DNA of 25,432 nucleotides from a bacterium (GCA_050125095.1 JASFEA010000028.1:1-25432), one strand, 5' to 3'. Shown: positions 9,367-17,953, counted from the first letter of the stretch. Program-made: numbers and translations. The notes: generated by a model not told the origin, from the letters alone.

Positions 9367-9475
9367 CAGCCCCGGAGTAGCGGGACTGACGCAACGGTGC
9401 CCGAGCAACTGTGCTGGAATAGCGGGACTGACGTGACTGTCCTGAAGCAACTGTGCTGGAATAGCAGCACCCGAA
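9350..9475. repeat. 14-bp degenerate tandem repeat with a higher-order 42-bp duplication
   Basis: tggtggtactgaag/tagcagccccggag/tagcgggactgacg/caacggtgcccgag/caactgtgctggaa/tagcgggactgacg/tgactgtcctgaag/caactgtgctggaa/tagcagcacccgaa. 9378-9419 and 9420-9461 share two identical 14-mers. Confidence 0.85.
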
Positions 9476-9508
9476 TAAAAGGACCTGCGAGTAGCATCGC
9501 AGGTCCTT
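9476..9508 (-). terminator. Intrinsic terminator for the response regulator, possibly bidirectional
   Basis: Perfect 12-bp stem AAGGACCTGCGA/TCGCAGGTCCTT with a 6-nt loop; reads into TTTTATT on the minus strand; lies between convergent genes. Confidence 0.8.
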
Positions 9509-9575
9509 GAGTTAGTATCTGATTGATAGCGACTCTATTTAGCCGCATACGGCAGCCCGGCCGGCTGAGGCGATA

Positions 9576-9965
9576 CTAGTCGCCCAGCACCTCGTTTACC
9601 GCGGCCTGCAGTTTCGCGGGCTCTATGGGCTTCTCAACGTACACGGCGGGCTTTTCGCCCATGTACTTGCCCATTTCATCCGCCGAGAATCCGAGCCCCA
9701 CCTTCTCCTTAATGCCGGTCAGCATGATCACCGGCGTGGCCTTGAGTTCGTCGTCCTGCTTGATGATGCCGAATACCTGGAAGCCGTCCTTGCCCGGCAT
9801 CTGAACGTCCAGAATGACCAGGTCGGGCTTCTCCCGACGCATCTTCTCGATACCACTGTCGCCATCGTGGGCGAAGACGACCTGGTGCCCCATGGTCTCA
9901 AGGATCTCCTTGGCGAAATCGACGGCATCTGGCTCATCGTCGATCAGCAGCACTTTCTTGGGCAT
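9576..9965 (-). CDS. Single-domain response regulator (CheY-like receiver)
   Basis: LIDDE, phosphoacceptor LDVQMP, MLTG, YVEKP; SD AAGGAGG upstream. Confidence 0.95.
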   Translation of the reverse strand: MPKKVLLIDDEPDAVDFAKEILETMGHQVVFAHDGDSGIEKMRREKPDLVILDVQMPGKDGFQVFGIIKQDDELKATPVIMLTGIKEKVGLGFSADEMGKYMGEKPAVYVEKPIEPAKLQAAVNEVLGD

Positions 9966-10022
9966 ACTTCATACCTCCTTGGGTCCAACTGTATCATGGT
10001 TCAGTGGCTGGTTTAGACCCTG

Positions 10023-10051
10023 ATTATGGGCTCTCGGGCGCCGGGTGTCAA
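10023..10051 (-). promoter_or_regulatory. Sigma70 promoter for the response regulator
   Basis: Minus strand TTGACA (10051-10046), 17-bp spacer, CATAAT (10028-10023). Confidence 0.7.
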
Positions 10052-10181
10052 CAATATATTTGGCCGTACAGAGACGTTGCAGAGGCCCCGGAAAAGGTGT
10101 AGCATCGGATATGCTTGCGTTTGGGCACGAGATCGGCCGCCCGGCCCATACCGCCGGGCCGTCTTGAGGGAGGGCAGCGAC

Positions 10182-11825
10182 TTGGTAAGCATAGTGGTAA
10201 CCAGCGAGGGACAGCAAATCCACAAGGTCAAGGCGAGTCAGGACACGTATATCCTCGGCCGCCACGACTCCTGCGATATTATGCTCGAGGACAAGACCAT
10301 ATCGAGGAAGCATGCCCGGCTCGAGATCAAGGACGATGAGGCGTTTGTCGAGGACCTGGGCTCGAGGAACGGGACATACGTGAACGGCCAGAAGGTCTCC
10401 CGAAAGCAGGTGGCGTCAGGCGACAGCATAGTCATAGGCAAGTTCACCATTACCTTAGAGGGGCTGGCGACCAGCACTGAGAAGCAGGGTGGGCCGGGCT
10501 CGTCGGACGGTGGGCGGGATGACTCGGGGCGGGCCGAATCCCGGCGAGCAGACTCGGGCGGTGCCACTATCCTGACGTCTCTGGACGCCAGCAAGATCGG
10601 CCGCGGCCAGGACATCAAGGACGGCGAAGTCGACCCCGGGGCGGCCACCGAACGCCTCTCGACGCTATACGAGCTCGGCCAGAAGCTCTGCGGCCGGCTC
10701 GGGACCTCGGATATCGCCGGCACCTTCCTCGACATGCTGCTCCGCGTGTTCGATAAGGCCGACCGCGCCGTAGTGCTCGTGGAGGACAGGATGAGCCGGG
10801 AGCTCATGCCCATAGCCGCACTCGACCGCAAGGGCGAGCCCGGTGAGATAAAGCTCTCGTCGACGGTTGTGAACTCGGTCTTAAAGGACAAGTGCGCCGT
10901 GCTTTGCACGGATACGACTGCGGATGAAAGGTTTGCCGAGTCACGCAGCCTCCAGGACCTGAGGATACAGTCCATCATGTGCGTGCCCCTGCTGGCGGCC
11001 GACACCGTGATAGGCATGGTGGAGGTGAGCTCGGCCAAGGGAGGCATAACCTTCAGCGAGGAGGACCTCCGGCTCCTGACGGGGCTGTCATCGGAAGTGA
11101 GCATCGCGCTTGAGAACGCCCGCCTCTACGACCAGGTGGAGCAGTCCAAGCGCCTCGCGGCCATAGGCCAGACCGTATCGGGCGTGGCCCATTGCGTAAA
11201 GAATGTCTTGAACGGCATAGACGGCGGGCTCTTCATAGCAAGGAATGCGCTCGAATCCAATAACTCGGAGAAGCTCGAGAAGGGCTGGGAGATGCTCGAC
11301 CGGAACGCAGGCTTCTTAAAGACCCTCGTGCTGGACATGCTCGACTACTCAAAGCACCGTGAGCCAGAGTACGAGGAAGTGGAACTCGCCGCCTACATGG
11401 AGGACCTGAGGTCCTTCGTGGCCGACAGGGCGTCGGCCATGAAGGTCGAACTCGCGTTTGAGACCGATGAGAGCCTTAAAGTCGTGAAACTCGATGTGAG
11501 GCAGTCCAAGCGCGCCTTCTTAAACATCATCGGAAACGCCATAGAGGCCACCCCCGAGGGCGGAAGGGTGGAGGTATCGGCCAGGAGGAAGTCGGGCTCC
11601 GAGTTCGACCTAATAATCTCCGATACTGGAACGGGCATACCCGAAGACAAGATAGACACCATATTCGAGCCCTTCTTCTCGACCAAGGGCTCCAAGGGGA
11701 CCGGCCTCGGGCTTCCCGTGACCAAGAAGATAATCGAAGAGCACCGGGGCACCATAGAGATAGAGTCAAAAGAGGGCGAGGGCACCACCTTCACCATCAC
11801 CCTCCCCACTGGGGTCAGGTCTTGA
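10182..11825 (+). CDS. Cytoplasmic FHA-GAF-histidine kinase
   Basis: FHA motifs GR, ISRKHA, DLGSRNGTYVN. GAF motifs SIMCVPL, FSEEDL, IALENA. H-box AHCVKN, N-box NIIGNAIEA, G1 DTGTG, F box FEPFFSTK, G2 GTGLGL. In-frame TTG 10182 with GAGGGAGG SD preferred over ATG 10026. Confidence 0.92.
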   Translation: MVSIVVTSEGQQIHKVKASQDTYILGRHDSCDIMLEDKTISRKHARLEIKDDEAFVEDLGSRNGTYVNGQKVSRKQVASGDSIVIGKFTITLEGLATSTEKQGGPGSSDGGRDDSGRAESRRADSGGATILTSLDASKIGRGQDIKDGEVDPGAATERLSTLYELGQKLCGRLGTSDIAGTFLDMLLRVFDKADRAVVLVEDRMSRELMPIAALDRKGEPGEIKLSSTVVNSVLKDKCAVLCTDTTADERFAESRSLQDLRIQSIMCVPLLAADTVIGMVEVSSAKGGITFSEEDLRLLTGLSSEVSIALENARLYDQVEQSKRLAAIGQTVSGVAHCVKNVLNGIDGGLFIARNALESNNSEKLEKGWEMLDRNAGFLKTLVLDMLDYSKHREPEYEEVELAAYMEDLRSFVADRASAMKVELAFETDESLKVVKLDVRQSKRAFLNIIGNAIEATPEGGRVEVSARRKSGSEFDLIISDTGTGIPEDKIDTIFEPFFSTKGSKGTGLGLPVTKKIIEEHRGTIEIESKEGEGTTFTITLPTGVRS

Positions 11826-11864
11826 AATGCACAATCTCCTGGGGTCAGGTCTGACTTTGCACAA
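11809..11864. repeat. Direct repeat of a CTGGGGTCAGGTCT...TGCACAA unit with 30-bp period (REP-like)
   Basis: ctggggtcaggtcttgaaatgcacaa (11809-11834) and ctggggtcaggtctgactttgcacaa (11839-11864); the first copy contains the kinase stop codon. Confidence 0.8.
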
Positions 11865-11973
11865 CCCCCCGGGCTCCCTCGTCACGGCCCCAAACGGCGC
11901 ATTTTTTCTGCTTTTCAACCCCGCGGATTTCTGTTAGGTTTTCTCTTGGACACCCGCATCAGCAGCACCATAT

Positions 11974-12001
11974 TTGACCAGGTTTATACCCGAAATACAC
12001 T
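11974..12001 (+). promoter_or_regulatory. Possible sigma70 promoter for the HMGS cluster
   Basis: TTGACC, 16-bp spacer, TACACT; followed by the SD AAGGGAGGGAG before ATG 12030. Confidence 0.35.
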
Positions 12002-12029
12002 CGTCTAAGCACTTCTAAGGGAGGGAGTT

Positions 12030-13076
12030 ATGGCGGGAATCGTAGGCTACGGGGCGTACGCTCCGCGTTACAGAATCAAAGTCGAGGAAATCGCCAAAGT
12101 CTGGGGCGCGGACGCCCCCAGCTACAAGCGCGGCCTCATGCTCAGGGAGAAATCCGTGCCCGCCGCCGACCAGGACGTGATAACCATGTCGGTGGAGGCG
12201 GCCCGGAACGCTGTCAAGAGGGCCAAAATCGACCCCAAGAAGATCGGCGCCATATACATAGGCTCCGAGTCGCACCCATACGCGGTCAAGCCCTCGGGCA
12301 CCGTGGTCGCGGAGGCCATCGGGGCCACGCCCGAGATCCACTGCGCCGACTTCGAGTTCGCCTGCAAGGCCGGCTCGGAGGGCATGTTCGTGGCCTTAAG
12401 CCTCATAGACGCGGGCACCATGGACTACGCCCTCGCCATAGGTGCCGACACCTCGCAGGGAGCCCCCGGCGACGCCCTCGAGTACTCGGCCTCGGCGGGA
12501 GCGGCGGCCTACATCATGGGAAAGACCGACACCGTGGCCGACTGCGAGCACACTTATGCATTCATGACCGACACGCCCGACTTCTGGCGCCGCGAGTACA
12601 TGCACTACCCGCGCCACGCCGGGCGCTTTACGGGCGCGCCCGCCTATTTCAAGCACGTAACGGGCTGCGCCAGGGGCATTATGGAGAAGTCCGGCACCAA
12701 GCCCGCCGACTTCAATTACGCCATCTTCCACCAGCCCAACGGCAAGTTCCCCTCGACGGTGGCCAAGAAGCTCGGCTTTAGACCTGAGCAGATTGAGCCC
12801 GGGCTCCTCTGCCCCAGGCTCGGCAACACTTATTCGGGCTCCTCGCCCATGGGCCTTTCGGCAACTCTGGACGTCGCCAAGCCGGGCGACCTCATTCTCA
12901 TGTGTTCATACGGTTCGGGCGCGGGAAGCGACGGCTTCATATTCCGCGTCACCGATCGCATAAAGGAGGTCCAGGACCTGGCCTTCAAGGTCACCGACTA
13001 CCTGGACAAGCACAAGTTCTACCTGCAGTACGGCGAGTACGCCAAGCTCCGCAGGAAGATACGCAAAGGCGAATAA
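12030..13076 (+). CDS. Hydroxymethylglutaryl-CoA synthase, archaeal type
   Basis: 348 aa. [24 protein letters not shown] (catalytic Glu), EFACKAG (catalytic Cys), [13 protein letters not shown] (His), [16 protein letters not shown] and YGEYAK match the archaeal HMGS signature. Confidence 0.93.
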   Translation: MAGIVGYGAYAPRYRIKVEEIAKVWGADAPSYKRGLMLREKSVPAADQDVITMSVEAARNAVKRAKIDPKKIGAIYIGSESHPYAVKPSGTVVAEAIGATPEIHCADFEFACKAGSEGMFVALSLIDAGTMDYALAIGADTSQGAPGDALEYSASAGAAAYIMGKTDTVADCEHTYAFMTDTPDFWRREYMHYPRHAGRFTGAPAYFKHVTGCARGIMEKSGTKPADFNYAIFHQPNGKFPSTVAKKLGFRPEQIEPGLLCPRLGNTYSGSSPMGLSATLDVAKPGDLILMCSYGSGAGSDGFIFRVTDRIKEVQDLAFKVTDYLDKHKFYLQYGEYAKLRRKIRKGE

Positions 13077-13104
13077 CTGAATATACAGAGTGAGGGATAG
13101 GGTT

Positions 13105-14262
13105 ATGAGAGACGTTGCAGTAATCGGAGTCGGAATGATCAAGTGGGGCGAGCTCTGGGACAAGTCGCTCCGCGATTTATACGTCGAGGCGGCCCTGAAG
13201 GCCATAGACGACGCCGGGGTGGACAAGATTGACGCCCTCTACGCCGGCTGCATGTCCTCCGGCCTCTTCGTGGGCCAGGAGCACATCGGCGCGCTCGTCG
13301 CCGACTATCTCGGGATGGCGCCCATACCGGGGACGCGCGTCGAGTCGGCATGCGCCTCGGGCGGGCTTGCCATGAGGTGCGGCTTGATGGACGTGGCCTC
13401 GGGCATGAATGACATCGTGCTCGTGGGCGGGGTCGAGAAGATGACCGACGTCGACGGCGGCGGCGCCACCTTCGCGCTAGCAACGGCGGCCGACCAGGAG
13501 TATGAGGTCTATAACGGCGTCACGTTCCCCGGCCTCTACGCCATGATGGCGCGCGCCCATATGGAGCGCCACGGCACGACGCGCAAGCACCTCTCCATGG
13601 TCTCGGTCAAGAACCATGCGAACGGCGCCAAGAACGAGAACGCCCAGTACCGCATGAACCTCACCACCGACCAGGTCGAAGGCTCGGTCATGGTCGCGGA
13701 CCCCCTGACCATATTAGACTGCTCCCCTATTACCGACGGCGCGGCGGCTGCGATTATCTGCCCGCTCGATATGGCCGAGAAGATCGCCAAGAAGGCCGTG
13801 ATCAAGGTCACGGGCTCGGGGCACGCGACAGATATGATGGCGCTTCACCAGAGGAAGGACATCACATGGCTCTCGGCCGTCGAGAAGGCCGGCCAGGATG
13901 CTTACAAGATGGCGGGCGCAAAGCCCGGCGACATCGATCTCGTCGAGGTTCACGACTGCTTCACCATAGCCGAGATCATGACTATCGAGGCCCTCGGATT
14001 TGCAGAGAAGGGCAAGGGCGGCAAGCTCACCGAGGCCGGCGAGACGGCCATCGGCGGCAGGATCCCGGTGAACACTTCGGGCGGCCTCAAGTCCAAGGGC
14101 CACCCGGTGGGGGCCACCGGCGTCGCCCAGATAGTAGAGGTCGTGGAGCAGCTCCGCGGCGAGAGCGGCGAGAGACAGGTCAAGGGTGCGAAGCGCGGCA
14201 TGACCCAGAACATGGGGGGGACCGGCGCGAGCTCCGTTTGCCATATTCTGGAGGTAGCATAA
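13105..14262 (+). CDS. Acetyl-CoA C-acetyltransferase (thiolase), archaeal/SCP-x-like type
   Basis: [10 protein letters not shown] start, ESACASG (catalytic Cys), [33 protein letters not shown] 13105 preferred over GTG 13090. Confidence 0.93.
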   Translation: MRDVAVIGVGMIKWGELWDKSLRDLYVEAALKAIDDAGVDKIDALYAGCMSSGLFVGQEHIGALVADYLGMAPIPGTRVESACASGGLAMRCGLMDVASGMNDIVLVGGVEKMTDVDGGGATFALATAADQEYEVYNGVTFPGLYAMMARAHMERHGTTRKHLSMVSVKNHANGAKNENAQYRMNLTTDQVEGSVMVADPLTILDCSPITDGAAAAIICPLDMAEKIAKKAVIKVTGSGHATDMMALHQRKDITWLSAVEKAGQDAYKMAGAKPGDIDLVEVHDCFTIAEIMTIEALGFAEKGKGGKLTEAGETAIGGRIPVNTSGGLKSKGHPVGATGVAQIVEVVEQLRGESGERQVKGAKRGMTQNMGGTGASSVCHILEVA

Positions 14263-14661
14263 ATGTCAACTTCAGCCAGATACTGGAGAGAGATACCACA
14301 GCGTTACCGCTACGAGGCCGCCAAGTGCAAGGGCTGCGGCGAGGTTCACTTCCCGCCGCGCCTCATCTGCCCGGGCTGCAAGGGTCGGACCTTCGAGACC
14401 GTCGTGCTCTCAGATAAGGGCAAGGTCGAGACCTTCACCGTGATCCGCGTGGCCCCCTGCGAGTACACCGACGAGGCGCCTTACCCCATAGGCATCATCG
14501 AGCTGGATGACGGCGTCAAGGTGCAGTGCCAGATTGCGGACTGCCCCATCGAAGACCTCAAGACGGGCATGCCCGTCCGAATCGAGTTCAGGAAGGTGAA
14601 GGAAGAGGGGGAGGCAGGCATACTCTGTTACGGCTTCAAGGCCGTGCCGGCAGGAGACTAG
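14263..14661 (+). CDS. DUF35 Zn-ribbon + OB-fold protein (thiolase/HMGS scaffold)
   Basis: RYWRE, CKGC...FPPRLICPGC rubredoxin-like ribbon, GKVETFT, PY.IGIIEL, YGFK. Starts immediately after the thiolase stop (TAAATG). Confidence 0.93.
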   Translation: MSTSARYWREIPQRYRYEAAKCKGCGEVHFPPRLICPGCKGRTFETVVLSDKGKVETFTVIRVAPCEYTDEAPYPIGIIELDDGVKVQCQIADCPIEDLKTGMPVRIEFRKVKEEGEAGILCYGFKAVPAGD

Positions 14662-14666
14662 CGAAC

Positions 14667-15461
14667 GTGACTGACTACGGATCTTATGAGACGGTAGAAG
14701 TCAGGCTCAAGGACAAGGTCCTCTGGATCGCCTTAAACAGGCCCGACGTGAGGAACGCCTTCAATGAGGTCATGATAGCCGACCTATTGGCCGTTCTTGC
14801 CAAGGCAAAGCAAGACAACGGCATCCGGCTTGTGGTGCTCACCGGAAACGGCAAGGCCTTCTGCGCGGGCGCCGACCTTCACTGGATGAAGAAGATGAAG
14901 GACTTCACCGTCGAGGAGAACTACAAGGACGCCCTCGAGCTCGCCGAGCTCATGTATAACCTCTATATGCTGCCCAAGCCCACCATAGCGAGGGTGAACG
15001 GGGCGTCCATCGGCGGGAGTAACGGCCTCGTGGCCGCATGCGACATCGTGGTGGCCTCCCACCGGGCCGAGTTCAGCCTGAGCGAGGTCAAGATAGGTCT
15101 CGTGCCGGCCTGCATCGGGCCCTATCTCATGAAGAAGGTGGGCGAGAGGTCGTGCCGCGAGCTCTTCACCACGGGCGAGCGAATCTCGGCCGACAAGGCC
15201 ATGCGGCTCGGGCTTGTAAACGACGTCGTGACGCATGGCAATCTTACGCGCCGCGTGGAGGAGTACGCCTCCAATCTCATAACGAGCGGGCCCCACGCCC
15301 TGGCAGTGGCCAAGGACTTGATCAGCAATCTTGCCGAGATGCCGCTTGAGGAGGCCAAGGAATACACGGCCAGGGTCATAGCCGAGCTCCGCGTGGGAGA
15401 TGAGGCCCAGGAGGGCATGACGGCTTTCCTGGAGAAGCGCAAGCCGGGCTGGATGACGTAG
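14667..15461 (+). CDS. liuC: Crotonase-family enzyme, methylglutaconyl-CoA hydratase (LiuC)-like
   Basis: LNRPDVRNAFN, FCAGADLHWMK, GGSNGLVAACD, FSLSEVKIGLVPACIGPY and EAQEGMTAFLEKRKPGW resemble the Pseudomonas-type LiuC pattern. GTG 14667 has AGGAG 10 nt upstream. Exact substrate is inferred. Confidence 0.75.
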   Translation: MTDYGSYETVEVRLKDKVLWIALNRPDVRNAFNEVMIADLLAVLAKAKQDNGIRLVVLTGNGKAFCAGADLHWMKKMKDFTVEENYKDALELAELMYNLYMLPKPTIARVNGASIGGSNGLVAACDIVVASHRAEFSLSEVKIGLVPACIGPYLMKKVGERSCRELFTTGERISADKAMRLGLVNDVVTHGNLTRRVEEYASNLITSGPHALAVAKDLISNLAEMPLEEAKEYTARVIAELRVGDEAQEGMTAFLEKRKPGWMT

Positions 15462-15584
15462 CTATGAGCCATGGCTGGATGCCTTAAAGAGCAGAGCAAC
15501 GGAAGGGCGCGAGTCTGCATCTAATTTGTGTATGGTTAAGTGCGGCTTCACTTCAGGCCTTTTGATCACCTAAGGAGGATTTAT

Positions 15585-16052
15585 ATGAGCCCGAGCGAAA
15601 TCAATGTTGGAGACATGGCACCCGGTTTCAACCTCAAGGACCAGGACGGCAACGACCACAGCCTGGGCGACTACAAGGGCAAGAAGATCATTCTGAGCTT
15701 CCATCCCCTGGCATGGACCGGTCTCTGCACCACTCAGATGCAGCAGCTCGACAGTAAGTTCGACAAAATCGCCAAGCAGGGCGGTGTGGGCTTCGGCCTC
15801 AGCATCGACAGCACCTTCTGCAAGCACGCTTGGTGCAAGGACATGGGCGTTGAGAAGACACGCCTCCTCTCGGACTTTTGGCCGCATGGCGGATACGCCG
15901 CCGAGCTGGGCCTCTTCAGGGAGGTAGAGGGCACCGCAAAGCGCGCCGTGGTGATCCTGGGCACGGACGGCAAGGTGGCCTGGAAGAAGGTATACCCTGT
16001 CTCTCAACTCCCCGACATCGAAGAGATAATGAGCGAGTTCGAGAAGGCCTGA
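15585..16052 (+). CDS. Peroxiredoxin, AhpE-like (AhpC/TSA family)
   Basis: PLAWTGLC (PxxxTxxC), SID, LLSDFWPHG, KRAV; strong SD TAAGGAGG before ATG 15585. Confidence 0.9.
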   Translation: MSPSEINVGDMAPGFNLKDQDGNDHSLGDYKGKKIILSFHPLAWTGLCTTQMQQLDSKFDKIAKQGGVGFGLSIDSTFCKHAWCKDMGVEKTRLLSDFWPHGGYAAELGLFREVEGTAKRAVVILGTDGKVAWKKVYPVSQLPDIEEIMSEFEKA

Positions 16053-16124
16053 TGCTTCTCCGGGCTTGGAATCCAAAACCAGTCAGATACTCCGCCGAAT
16101 AGGTGCAATACCCGGCAAGGAGGC

Positions 16125-17936
16125 ATGATGAACGCAATCAGGATAATCCTGACACTGTTGGCATTGCTTATTGTTGCACCGGGCACACAGTCCGTTTCAG
16201 CAGAGGAACCTGCGGATGCGATCTACTTCGGAGGCCCTATTGTTACCATGATACGCGATGGTGATCGCGTTGAAGCTATTGCCGTCGGTAAGGGGAGAAT
16301 CCTGGCGACGGGCAGCCGCGAAGATATCATGGCCCTCAAGGGGCCGGAGACGAAGCTGGTCGACCTTGACGGCAACTGCCTGATGCCCGGCTTCATCGAT
16401 CCCCATTCGCATGTCGCCCTGCAGTCGGCCAAGTTCTCCACCGTGAACCTGGATCCTTATCCCATCGGCGATGTGAAGAATATCGCCGATATTCAGCAGA
16501 AACTGAAGGCGGACATCCGGGAGAAAAACTTGGAGCCGGGCAAATGGGTCTTCGGCTGGGGATATGATGACACCGGGCTCGAGGAAATGCGTCATCCCAA
16601 CCGGGATGACCTGGATCGAGTCTCTACGGAGCACCCCATTCTGCTTGTTCACATCAGCTCGCACCTTGCCGCCTGCAACAGCAAGGCCCTGGAAGTGGTT
16701 GGAATAACCGCCGACACGCCGGACCCGCCCGGCGGCGTGTTTCAGCGGAGGCAAGGCAGCAATGAGCCCAATGGCGTCATGGAAGAGACCGCGTGGATGG
16801 TCTTCGTGACGGAGGTCCCGGCCCCCTCCATGGAGAAGTCCCTGGAAATGCTCAAAGCCGGCCTGGAGTACTATGCGGCCGCGGGGATAACAACGGCATG
16901 TGAAGGGGCCACCACGCCCGGCATTATGAAGATGCTGCGCGCCCTGGAGCAGGAGGGCGAACTGCCTATCGACGTTGTGTCCTATCCCGTCTACAAGGCA
17001 GCCTCCGATGAAGTCGTCGAGGATGTGGCCGGAAACCGTTGGAGTTGGGGCCGCTTTCGTCCGGGGGGAATCAAGCTGATCATCGACGGGTCCATTCAGG
17101 GATACACGGCCTATCTTTCCGAGCCCTATTACAAGCAGGTCGAGGGGGATACGCACGAAGCGAGCGCCTGCGACCACGAAGCCGTAGACAGGCTGTTGCT
17201 GAAGAGCCAAACGGCGGCGGAGCCCGGGACTGAAGCCCACGACCACGGGGATTCGGGAAATCGCGGATATGCTAGCATGACCCCCGAGGATGTTGTCCGG
17301 TGGGTGCGCATTTGTGACGAAAAGGACATTCCGATTCACGCCCACTGCAACGGGGATGCCGCGCTGGACATTTTTCTTGAGGCGCTGAATGAGGTTCGCG
17401 GGGATCGTCCGCGGCCCGACCTCAGAAACGTGATCATACACTCTCAAGTCATGAGGGACGAGCAGCTCAACTCGGCGGTCTCTCACGGCCTTACACCTTC
17501 ATTCTTTCCCATCCATGTGGTCTTCTGGGGCGACCGCCATCGCGACATCTTTCTGGGGCCCGAGCGTGCGGCCCGCATCGACCCGGCCCGTTCGGCCCTC
17601 GACCGCGGGTTGAGAATCACACTGCATCACGATGCCCCGATTGCCGGCATCGGCATGCTGCCCGTGGCCTCGGCGGCCGTTAATCGCCTCACAACGAGCG
17701 GCAAACTGCTCGGCCCGGATGAGCGGATCACCCCATACGAGGCATTGCGGGCAATTACGAAAGACGCCGCCTGGCAGTATTTTGAAGAGCACCGGAAGGG
17801 CACACTCGAACCCGGAAAGCTGGCGGATATGGTTATTCTCGATGGAGATCCGCTCGAAATCGACCCCGGCGAGCTCGGGAACATCGAAGTCCTTGAGACA
17901 ATAAAAGAAGGGCAGACCGTGTTCAGGGCCAACTAG
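16125..17936 (+). CDS. Exported YtcJ-like amidohydrolase (amidohydrolase_3)
   Basis: Signal peptide; PGFIDPHSH, KLIIDGSIQGYTA, HCNGD, IHSQ, HHDAP, GTLEPGKLADMV; SD AAGGAGG. Confidence 0.9.
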   Translation: MMNAIRIILTLLALLIVAPGTQSVSAEEPADAIYFGGPIVTMIRDGDRVEAIAVGKGRILATGSREDIMALKGPETKLVDLDGNCLMPGFIDPHSHVALQSAKFSTVNLDPYPIGDVKNIADIQQKLKADIREKNLEPGKWVFGWGYDDTGLEEMRHPNRDDLDRVSTEHPILLVHISSHLAACNSKALEVVGITADTPDPPGGVFQRRQGSNEPNGVMEETAWMVFVTEVPAPSMEKSLEMLKAGLEYYAAAGITTACEGATTPGIMKMLRALEQEGELPIDVVSYPVYKAASDEVVEDVAGNRWSWGRFRPGGIKLIIDGSIQGYTAYLSEPYYKQVEGDTHEASACDHEAVDRLLLKSQTAAEPGTEAHDHGDSGNRGYASMTPEDVVRWVRICDEKDIPIHAHCNGDAALDIFLEALNEVRGDRPRPDLRNVIIHSQVMRDEQLNSAVSHGLTPSFFPIHVVFWGDRHRDIFLGPERAARIDPARSALDRGLRITLHHDAPIAGIGMLPVASAAVNRLTTSGKLLGPDERITPYEALRAITKDAAWQYFEEHRKGTLEPGKLADMVILDGDPLEIDPGELGNIEVLETIKEGQTVFRAN

Positions 17937-17953
17937 GTCTATAGGAGGGCGTC

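Noticed and set aside
9378-9461. Possible mini-CRISPR array
   Set aside because: Variable segments are only 12 bp and resemble each other and the repeat units; there are only two super-units and no cas genes.
10026-10181. 52-aa N-terminal extension of the kinase
   Set aside because: Overlaps the divergent promoter and has no SD; TTG 10182 has a strong SD just before the FHA domain.
12030-14661. phlACB-type 2,4-diacetylphloroglucinol acyltransferase cluster
   Set aside because: No PhlD type III PKS nearby, and the HMGS-like protein retains a full archaeal HMGS catalytic set (Glu, Cys, His).
14526-14666. N-terminal extension of the hydratase, or a DUF35-hydratase frameshift fusion
   Set aside because: Overlaps DUF35 out of frame, no slippery site was noticed, and GTG 14667 has its own SD.
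16197-17486. 429-aa minus-strand ORF (and similar antisense ORFs over clpB, the kinase, OFOR and the Ntn hydrolase)
   Set aside because: Fully overlap well-supported genes on the opposite strand and lack recognisable domains.
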